This document shows, piece after piece, positions 1 through 7,330 of a DNA stretch of 64,000 nt. How positions within the stretch are numbered: position 1 is the stretch's first letter; each line of letters opens with the position of its first letter. Below the pieces are notes generated by a model that saw only the letters and a list, made by a program, of their open reading frames with translations, was not told where the DNA came from and searched no databases. Position numbers and translations under genes: made by a program. This DNA is from Bacteroidota bacterium (GTDB lineage: Bacteria > Bacteroidota > Bacteroidia > UBA4408), in NCBI GenBank assembly GCA_046297395.1, contig JBKCNM010000089.1:10243-74242 (forward strand), given 5' to 3'.

Positions 1-662
1 GAATCATTCAGGTTTTTTCCATTGAAGAGGCCGATGTTCCTAAACTCATCATTGGTAAAGTCAACCCCCATGTGGCAATCAAAACATCCTGCCTTGCCGT
101 TGAACAATTGACGACCCTCTTCAGCATCCGCTGACAATTCTGCCTTGCCTCGCCTGGATAAGTCATATACAGATTGACTTGTCTCGAGCGATCTTTCAAA
201 GGCCGCAAGGCTGCTCAATACCGACATGGAATCCGGAGCATGTCCATATACCTTTTGAAAGGCATCAAGCCATTCTTTGGAGGCATTTAGTCGGCGGATC
301 GCCTCTCCGAATGGAAGATTCATTTCGAGCGGATTTTGGATGGGACCGAGTGCCTGTTCTTCAAGACTTGAAGCACGACCATCGTGAAAAAAATACGGCC
401 TGTCGGCCACATTCATTACAGAGGGTGTATTGCGGAGAGTCAGCTGGTTATTCATTCCCCTGCTAAAGGCCACTGAGTCTGCAAAAGCAAAGGCAGGCTT
501 GTGACAGGAGGAGCAACTGATGGTTTGGTCGGAGGAGAGAATGGTTGAGTGAAAAAGTTTTTCACCCAGCTTTTTTACTTTTTCAGGATGAGGAGAAGGA
601 TTTCCTGCTGCTACACAGATAAGCAGAAAAAGGCAGGCAGGAATGAATCGTGTGTAGGTCAA
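1..662 (-). CDS. Di-heme cytochrome c peroxidase (CCP/MauG family), C-terminus runs off the window; N-terminal lipoprotein-like signal peptide
   Basis: I translated the minus strand by hand from ~660 down to position 1 and found no stop. It reads ...TYTRFIPACLFLLICVAAGNPSP...ILSSDQTISCSSCHKPAFAFADSVAFSRGMNNQLTLRNTPSVMNVADRPYFFHDGRASSLEEQALGPIQNPLEMN...GKAGCFDCHMG.... It has two CxxCH heme motifs (CSSCH, CFDCH) and the conserved CCP block 'FFHDGRA'. There is no in-frame ATG; candidate TTG starts lie at 660-662 or 669-671, the latter overlapping the apaG stop. The listed small ORFs 8..208(-) and 179..466(+) lie inside it and are spurious. Confidence 0.8.
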   Translation of the reverse strand, partial: MTYTRFIPACLFLLICVAAGNPSPHPEKVKKLGEKLFHSTILSSDQTISCSSCHKPAFAFADSVAFSRGMNNQLTLRNTPSVMNVADRPYFFHDGRASSLEEQALGPIQNPLEMNLPFGEAIRRLNASKEWLDAFQKVYGHAPDSMSVLSSLAAFERSLETSQSVYDLSRRGKAELSADAEEGRQLFNGKAGCFDCHMGVDFTNDEFRNIGLFNGKNLND

Positions 663-667
663 ATGAA

Positions 668-1060
668 TCAATTCAGTTTAAAAGCGGCCACCAACAAAAA
701 TTGGGGGATTTCCACTTCAAACAAAGAATTGTCGTTCTTTTTCTCAAAAAGATAGGTTCCCCGCATCTTGCCTATGTCGGTAATGAGGTTGCAGGCAGAT
801 TCGTATGTGTAAGAATCACCCGGAGCAAGCACCGGTTGTTCACCGATGACCCCCGCTCCTTCCACCTCTGATTTATTGCCGGTAGAATCAAAAATATGCC
901 AATGCCTGCGGAGGAGTTGGACATATGATTCGCTGCGGTTTTCGATTGTAACCCTGTAGGAAAACAGAAAATGGCTGTTTAAGGGTCTTGAGTACTCGGG
1001 GCGATAGAGGCTTTCTACGCTCACAGAGATACCATTGGTGATTAGGGTGGATATGGTCAT
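668..1060 (-). CDS. apaG: ApaG (DUF525) protein
   Basis: 130 aa. The ApaG-like block 'VTIENRSESYVQLLRRHWHIFDSTG...GAGVIGEQPVLAPGDSYTY' is present. The size is typical of the family. Confidence 0.75.
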   Translation of the reverse strand: MTISTLITNGISVSVESLYRPEYSRPLNSHFLFSYRVTIENRSESYVQLLRRHWHIFDSTGNKSEVEGAGVIGEQPVLAPGDSYTYESACNLITDIGKMRGTYLFEKKNDNSLFEVEIPQFLLVAAFKLN

Positions 1061-1121
1061 AGGTCTATAATTAAGACAAGTTTAACAATCATTTGTTAAA
1101 ACTGCAAGATTCCTCAAAAAT

Positions 1122-2939
1122 TTATTTGTTTTTGTTGAAATGTCCGAAAACAAGTCCGGCCTTGTGCTTGCCCACCACTTTTTCAATTTCTGCCTCAGAC
1201 GCCTCCCTGATTCTTTTGACTGAACTGAAATGAGCCAGCAATCTTTCTGCAGATGAATGACTGATGCCCTTGATTTGTGTGAGTTCTGTTTGGATGGTAT
1301 TTTTTTCGCGACGCTTGCGGTGGTGGGTGATACCAAAGCGGTGTGCTTCATCTCTTATGTGTTGTAAAATGCGCAGGGTATCCCCTTTTTTATCCAGGTA
1401 TAGCGGATAAGGATCTCCGGGATAATAAATCTCTTCTAATCTTTTGGCAATGCCAATGATTCCGGTTTTTCCCCTGAGACCCAGTTTTTCGAGACTGTTC
1501 AGGGCTGCACCCAGCTGTCCTTTTCCCCCATCTACCACAATCAGTTGAGGCAATTCCAGTTGCTCTTCCAACACCCTTTTGTATCGTCGGTAAATAACCT
1601 CCTCCATGGTGGCGAAATCATCCGGACCACTCACCGTCTTCACAATAAAATGCCGGTAATCTCTTTTGCTTGGTTTTCCATTCCTGAATACAGTCATTGC
1701 CGATACTGCATCGGTTCCTTGAAAATTTGAATTGTCGAAGCATTCTATCAACCTGGGCTCTTCCAGCAAACGCAAATCTTTTTTCATCTGCTGCATGATG
1801 CGATTGGTATGCCTGTCGGGATCTGTTGCTTCCAGTTGCTTTTCTTTCTCCTTGCGGAAAAGAAAGGCATTTTTGAGTGAAAGCTCAAGCAGTTTTTTCT
1901 TGTCTCCTTTTTGAGGCACATGCAATTTGCTTCCCGGCATATCAATGTCCATCGGAAAAGGAATCAGTAATTCTTCCGAAAAATCTCCATACAGGTTTCG
2001 GACATGAGCCATGGCAGTTTGCAGCAATTCACTTTGTTCTTCTTCCATTTTTCGGTGAAGTTCCATGTTGTGAGATTGGATGACAGCCCCATTCCGAACC
2101 CTCAAAAAATTTACATATACAACCTCATTCCCATCAGTGATTGAAAACACATCGGTGTTGGTAACCGTTACATTCACTACTGTAGATCGAGACTGGTAAT
2201 TGGCAAGACTATTGATTTTGAGTTTAATCAGGTGGGCCTTTTCAAAATCAAAATGATCTGCCTTCTCTTTCATTTCCTGTTCGAGTTTGCGTATTACTTT
2301 ACCGGTATCACCACGAATGATGTCGGTAATTTCTTTTATCTGAAGTGCATACTCTTCGGCAGATTGGTAACCACAGCATGGACCCTGGCATTTTTTGATA
2401 TGGTATTCAAGGCAAATCTTGAATTTACCCTCAGCAATGGTATCGGCTTGAAGCGGCAAGGTGCAGGTTCGCACCTGAAAAATATCCCTGATTAAATCCA
2501 GCAAAGCGTACATCATAGGTACTGATGCATATGGGCCGAAATATTTAGAGCCGTCTTTGCGGGGATGCCGAGTGGTAAATAACCGAGGAAAGGGCTCCGA
2601 GGTGATGCATATCCAAGGAAAAGTTTTGTCGTCCTTGAGGTTGATATTGAATCTTGGCTGGTGCTTTTTTATCAGGGTATTTTCAAGCAACAGGGCCTCA
2701 TATTCAGTATCCACTCCTATATACTCCAGGTTGCGAATATTCTTTACAAGCAAGCGTGTCTTGGCGCTCTCGGTATGTTCCCTGGCAAAATAGGAATGCA
2801 CTCTTTTACGAAGATTTTTGGCTTTCCCTACATAGATGATTTTTCCCGAAACATCGAAGAATTGATAAACACCGGGCAATTCCGGCAGCACGGCAATTTT
2901 CTGTTTGAGGGAGTCATCTATACTTTCCGGACATTCCAT
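1122..2939 (-). CDS. uvrC: Excinuclease ABC subunit C
   Basis: 605 aa. It has an N-terminal GIY-YIG motif (GVYQFFD...IIYVGKAKNLRKRVHSYF), a UvrBC-interacting region, and a C-terminal RNase H-like/HhH region (LIVVDGGKGQL...). The length is typical of UvrC. Confidence 0.9.
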   Translation of the reverse strand: MECPESIDDSLKQKIAVLPELPGVYQFFDVSGKIIYVGKAKNLRKRVHSYFAREHTESAKTRLLVKNIRNLEYIGVDTEYEALLLENTLIKKHQPRFNINLKDDKTFPWICITSEPFPRLFTTRHPRKDGSKYFGPYASVPMMYALLDLIRDIFQVRTCTLPLQADTIAEGKFKICLEYHIKKCQGPCCGYQSAEEYALQIKEITDIIRGDTGKVIRKLEQEMKEKADHFDFEKAHLIKLKINSLANYQSRSTVVNVTVTNTDVFSITDGNEVVYVNFLRVRNGAVIQSHNMELHRKMEEEQSELLQTAMAHVRNLYGDFSEELLIPFPMDIDMPGSKLHVPQKGDKKKLLELSLKNAFLFRKEKEKQLEATDPDRHTNRIMQQMKKDLRLLEEPRLIECFDNSNFQGTDAVSAMTVFRNGKPSKRDYRHFIVKTVSGPDDFATMEEVIYRRYKRVLEEQLELPQLIVVDGGKGQLGAALNSLEKLGLRGKTGIIGIAKRLEEIYYPGDPYPLYLDKKGDTLRILQHIRDEAHRFGITHHRKRREKNTIQTELTQIKGISHSSAERLLAHFSSVKRIREASEAEIEKVVGKHKAGLVFGHFNKNK

Positions 2940-3004
2940 GCCCTAAAAATCATCATTTTATTCCTTGCTTCCAAAATCATTAAGGCGCTTCGTATCTTTG
3001 AAAG

Positions 3005-3502
3005 ATGGATCCCAATTTTCTCTCCAATCATTTGCTCGATTTAGCCAAATACAACCTTTGGGCAAACCGGCGCATTGAAAAAATAATAACTGAGATACCA
3101 AAAGACCAAATCCTTGCCGAAGTAACCAGCAGTTTTCCTTCACTTCATCAAACAGTGATGCACATCAGAGATGCAGAATGGGTATGGCTGCAGAGGGTGA
3201 GTGAAAAAAATTTTACCGAACTTCCCTTTGCCAATCTTGATCCCGCAATTACGCTTAAAGAATACTTGCATGGATCTGCTGTGATCATGCAGGAGATTGA
3301 AAAATGGGATGATGCACATTGCCATTCTCAGGTCACCTATCATAATCTTAAAGGAATACCATGCAGCAATACCCGATTTCAGATGCTTGTGCATTGTTTC
3401 AACCATTCCACCTATCACCGGGGACAGCTCGTTACTTTGTTGAGGCAGACAGGTGCGCAACACATACCTTCAACCGATTATATTGAGTACCTCCGGCAAT
3501 GA
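3005..3502 (+). CDS. DinB/YfiT-like (DinB_2) family protein
   Basis: 165 aa with a four-helix-bundle metal-binding His pattern (HQTVMHIRDAEW..., ...HSTYHRGQL). It is translationally coupled to the next gene (ATGA overlap at 3499-3502). Confidence 0.7.
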   Translation: MDPNFLSNHLLDLAKYNLWANRRIEKIITEIPKDQILAEVTSSFPSLHQTVMHIRDAEWVWLQRVSEKNFTELPFANLDPAITLKEYLHGSAVIMQEIEKWDDAHCHSQVTYHNLKGIPCSNTRFQMLVHCFNHSTYHRGQLVTLLRQTGAQHIPSTDYIEYLRQ

Positions 3503-3960
3503 TCTTTCTCCGACTGGCCATTCTCCTTTCAATCTCTTTGTACATCAATGAAAAATCATTCAGATTTTCGGCATTAAATGGATGCTGGTTCTCCGAACAT
3601 GGCCGCAATGTATTGTATGAGTGTTGGACTGCCAAGGATGGAGGGTACAAGGGCTCGGGCTGCGAAATAAATGCCAAAAAAGACACTGTTTTCTCAGGCA
3701 GCATGAGTATGAAACAAATCAATGGTATTTGGTATTACAGTCCACAATCCAAAAAGGCAAAATCAAACCCCACTGTTCGTTTTCACTGCGTAATTCAAAA
3801 CCCAAACAAAATGATATTCGAAAACCGACTCAACGAATATCCTCAGCAAATTTCTATTGAATTGCTTGAAAACAGTCGTTATCGCACAACCATTGCTGGC
3901 AAAATAAACGGAAAGTACAGGGAGGAATCTTTTGTATTTAAAAGAATTAAAAAACCATGA
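3499..3960 (+). CDS. Hypothetical secreted protein or lipoprotein
   Basis: 153 aa with a hydrophobic N-terminus (MIFLRLAILLSISLY). I recognise no family. It overlaps both neighbours by 4 nt, which suggests an operon. Confidence 0.45.
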   Translation: MIFLRLAILLSISLYINEKSFRFSALNGCWFSEHGRNVLYECWTAKDGGYKGSGCEINAKKDTVFSGSMSMKQINGIWYYSPQSKKAKSNPTVRFHCVIQNPNKMIFENRLNEYPQQISIELLENSRYRTTIAGKINGKYREESFVFKRIKKP

Positions 3961-5087
3961 TTTTCCTCGACTATAATTCCACTACGCCTGTTCGAGAAGA
4001 AGTGATGCAGGCCATGCTTCCATGGGTCAGTAAGCAATTTGCCAATGAGGCCAGCAATACCCATGTGCCCGGCTGGCAAGCGCGAAAAGCTGTGGAAATG
4101 GCAAGAGAAGAGATGGCTTCTTTGCTGGTTTGTGATGAGCAGGAAATAATTTTTACTTCAGGTGCAACAGAATCAGCATGGATTGCTCTTTATGGACTTT
4201 GGAAGACGCATCATGCATCCAGAAACGAAATTCTTGTTTCAGCCACTGAGCATTCCGCCGTGATTAACGCAGCAACTGCTCTTGCAGAAAGGGGTGCCAT
4301 CCTGCGTACGATTCCATGCAACCATCATGGTGCCATCAACATGGAATTTCTTTCCGAGGCAGTGAGTGATAAAACCCTTGCTGTAATTGTGATGCATGCC
4401 AACAACGAAACCGGCAATATTCATCCTGCCTCTACCATTGCTTCCATTGCCCATCAGGCTGGCGCTTTTTATGTGTGTGATGCCAGTCAATCAGCCGGAA
4501 AAATAAGTTGTACCATTGAAGAAACTGGTGCAGATCTTTTGTTCTTCTCTGCGCATAAATTTTATGGACCAAAGGGTATCGGTATTCTTTTTGCCAGACG
4601 CAAAAATCCCCGTGTTCAGCTTGCTGCCATCATGCCGGGCCATGGCCATGAAAGAGGTCTCAGGCAGGGTACTCTTAATGTTCCTGCCATCGTTGGTATG
4701 CAAAAAGCATTCTCATTGTCGCATGCGGAAAGCTGGGATCATGCAGCTCACACTTCAAGGTTACGAACCTATCTTGAACAGTACCTTGAACTGCATGCCG
4801 GGGCCAGGATTAACGGGGATATGAGAAACCGACTGCCCAACACCACCAACCTCTTGTTTGCCGGAAAAAAAGCCTCACAGCTTATTAAACATACGCCTGA
4901 ACTGGCTTTCTCTACCGGCTCTGCCTGCACATCTGCCATGCCTGCACCTTCTCATGTCCTTCTTGCAATGGGCTTGTCGGAAGCAGATGCCTATGCAAGT
5001 GCCAGGTTCAGTTTATCCTACTTAAACACGATGGATGAAATTGACAGCGCGGCCAAAATGATTACTCATGCCTGCTCACTGTCTTGA
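3957..5087 (+). CDS. Cysteine desulfurase (IscS/NifS-like, class V aminotransferase)
   Basis: 376 aa. It has a PLP-lysine motif (SAHKFYGPKGIGIL) and a catalytic-Cys loop (STGSACTSAMPAPSHVL) that matches the IscS 'SSGSACTS' motif. The N-terminus 'IFLDYNSTTPV' is IscS-like. Confidence 0.85.
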   Translation: MIFLDYNSTTPVREEVMQAMLPWVSKQFANEASNTHVPGWQARKAVEMAREEMASLLVCDEQEIIFTSGATESAWIALYGLWKTHHASRNEILVSATEHSAVINAATALAERGAILRTIPCNHHGAINMEFLSEAVSDKTLAVIVMHANNETGNIHPASTIASIAHQAGAFYVCDASQSAGKISCTIEETGADLLFFSAHKFYGPKGIGILFARRKNPRVQLAAIMPGHGHERGLRQGTLNVPAIVGMQKAFSLSHAESWDHAAHTSRLRTYLEQYLELHAGARINGDMRNRLPNTTNLLFAGKKASQLIKHTPELAFSTGSACTSAMPAPSHVLLAMGLSEADAYASARFSLSYLNTMDEIDSAAKMITHACSLS

Positions 5088-6010
5088 TTGGCCTGACGAA
5101 GGAAACGGATGTTGCGCTTCATTCCTTTTAAACCTGTTCTGGAAATTGCAGATGAGCCAAAGCGTTTTCTGAATACACGGCTTGTCATTTCTTCCCAATC
5201 CCCTGCACCCTGCGAGAGCAATCCTTCAATCGGATGAAAAAGTGGTTCTTGGTGTGCCTTAGAAAAGCGGTTCCATGGACAAACATCCTGGCAAATATCA
5301 CAGCCAAAAGCCCATTCATTCATCATCCCTGAAAAGGAGGATGGAATTTCTCCTTTCAGCTCAATGGTTAAATATGAAATACATTTCCCTGCATCCAGCG
5401 TGTAAGGAACATCGAGAGCACCTGTTGGGCAGGCCTCCACGCACCTGTTACAATCACCGCAATAATCTTTCATCGGAGGATCTGCGGGCAGGGAGAGGTC
5501 GCAAATCCATTCGGCAAGAAAAAAAAAGGAACCCGCCGCCGGTCTAATGATGTTGGTATTTTTACCTATCCAACCGGCCCCTGATCTGGCAGCCCATGCC
5601 TTCTCGAGAACGGGTGCAGAATCAGTAAAAATTCTTCCCTGTATATCGCCCGCTTTTTCCTTTACAGCATCAACAATTTTTTGCAACCTGAGTTTGATTA
5701 CATGATGGTAATCGAGCCCATAGGCATATTTTGCAATTTTGGGTTGATTGGCAAGTTGTTTTTGGGAAGGATAATAATTATAAACGAAGGTGATTATTGT
5801 TTTGGCTCCGGGAACAAGTAAAGTTGGATCAATACGCTTTTCAAAATGATTTTCCATGTAGCTCATGCCGGCATGCTTACCTGCATGAAGCCATTCTTCC
5901 AGTTTTTTTGCTTCGTCCTGCAATTTTTCAGCACGGGCAAATCCGCAGTATAAGAAGCCTGCCTCTTTTGATAATTGCCTGATTAATTGCTTGCACAATT
6001 CGGGACTCAT
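5066..6010 (-). CDS. queG: tRNA epoxyqueuosine reductase
   Basis: 314 aa with an Fe-S cluster motif (CGDCNRCVEACPTGAL) and a QueG N-terminal region. Its 3' end overlaps the convergent desulfurase gene by 22 nt. Confidence 0.8.
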   Translation of the reverse strand: MSPELCKQLIRQLSKEAGFLYCGFARAEKLQDEAKKLEEWLHAGKHAGMSYMENHFEKRIDPTLLVPGAKTIITFVYNYYPSQKQLANQPKIAKYAYGLDYHHVIKLRLQKIVDAVKEKAGDIQGRIFTDSAPVLEKAWAARSGAGWIGKNTNIIRPAAGSFFFLAEWICDLSLPADPPMKDYCGDCNRCVEACPTGALDVPYTLDAGKCISYLTIELKGEIPSSFSGMMNEWAFGCDICQDVCPWNRFSKAHQEPLFHPIEGLLSQGAGDWEEMTSRVFRKRFGSSAISRTGLKGMKRNIRFLRQANQDSEQA

Positions 6011-7317
6011 GGCTTGCCGAGACCGTACTTTTCCAGATAGGTTTTGTATAACTGATCCTGTATGTTTTCGAGCAACAGCGGTCGCCCATCAATAAATGCG
6101 AGGGTAAGGCGGTTGCTGCGTATCTCAAGTGCATCGCCTTGCGAGACAAAAAAGGTGGCACTTTTTCCCTTCTGTATGCTTCCGTATTTTTCGTCAATCC
6201 CTGTAATTTTTGCTGCATTTCCGCTGATGGATGCTACAGCCGCTTCATAGGGCAATCCGAATGCCACAGCAGACCCTGCAAGAAATGGCAGATTGCGGCA
6301 ATGCATGGCTTCCATGTCACCATGATTTTGTATGCAGAACAAGAGCTTGTTTTCATGGGCAATCAGAGGGAGTTTATAGAAATAATCAACCGCATAATCA
6401 TCTCCCGGTGGCAGGCTGTGAATTCTTGGCAACATCAGTGGGGTACCATATTTTTTCACCACATCCATACACTTTGGAAACTCTGAAGCACCTACCAATA
6501 CAGGATAGGAGACCCCTGAAGTGTACACCGTATAAAGTGCATCCCTGATGCTCCTCTCAGAATTGGCATGTAAATAAAGACGGGTTTTGCCATCATATAC
6601 TTTCCTCAGGGCCAGAAGGCGCAAATCGGGTTCTTTGTCTTTTTCGGGAACATATTTTTTTGCTCTTGCCAGCCAAAGTGAGATTTCGGAAATCATCTTG
6701 ACATAATCCTGCTCTCTTTTTTTCCAATCTTCTTTTTCATTTTTCATGGAGGTGGCGGTGGAAGGCAATTCCGGCCAGTTCAGGTGAATTCCGTCGGCGC
6801 ATGTAATGGCTGCATCCTCATAATTCCATGCATCCAATCTCATCATGGAAGAAGTGCCTGAAAACAAGCCCCCCCTGGGCACAGCCTGACTGATGAGCAC
6901 ACCGTTCTGACGAACTGTTGGAATCACTTTGGAATCTGTGTAAAAAGCCGGGCACGAACTCACATCAGGGTTTACGGAGCCGGGTTCCGTAAAATCGTTG
7001 GTGGCCCTTACCGCTTCTATCTCGGTGAGTCCAAGTGTGGTATTGCAAGCAATAAATCCGGGATAGACATGTGCACCCGGAGCATCAATCATCTGTACTG
7101 AATTTTTGTCGAGTGCAGGCTTTGCATCCATGGAACCTACGCCGGCAATGATTCCCTTTTTAACCCATATCCAAGCATTGTTGATGCCGGTGCCATCTCC
7201 TGCATGCACGGTAACCCCACTGATCATAAATTCTTCCATGGAGGCTTGTGGAAAAGGGCGTTGCCCCCATGTGACAACCCAGGAGAGACAGAAGAAAACG
7301 AGAAATTTATTTTTCAT
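6007..7317 (-). CDS. Amidohydrolase family protein (secreted)
   Basis: The signal peptide (MKNKFLVFFCLSWVVTWGQ) begins at an internal ATG at 7317; the ORF extends to 7350. It has a metal-dependent hydrolase fold (HVYPGFIACNTTLGL). It is paired with a large upstream amidohydrolase, as is common in Bacteroidota. Confidence 0.65.
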   Translation of the reverse strand: MKNKFLVFFCLSWVVTWGQRPFPQASMEEFMISGVTVHAGDGTGINNAWIWVKKGIIAGVGSMDAKPALDKNSVQMIDAPGAHVYPGFIACNTTLGLTEIEAVRATNDFTEPGSVNPDVSSCPAFYTDSKVIPTVRQNGVLISQAVPRGGLFSGTSSMMRLDAWNYEDAAITCADGIHLNWPELPSTATSMKNEKEDWKKREQDYVKMISEISLWLARAKKYVPEKDKEPDLRLLALRKVYDGKTRLYLHANSERSIRDALYTVYTSGVSYPVLVGASEFPKCMDVVKKYGTPLMLPRIHSLPPGDDYAVDYFYKLPLIAHENKLLFCIQNHGDMEAMHCRNLPFLAGSAVAFGLPYEAAVASISGNAAKITGIDEKYGSIQKGKSATFFVSQGDALEIRSNRLTLAFIDGRPLLLENIQDQLYKTYLEKYGLGKP

Positions 7318-7330
7318 ATGAGAACAAATA

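Noticed and set aside
8-466. Listed ORFs 8..208(-) and 179..466(+)
   Set aside because: Both lie inside the uninterrupted cytochrome c peroxidase reading frame on the minus strand, in other frames. They have no recognisable motifs and are spurious.
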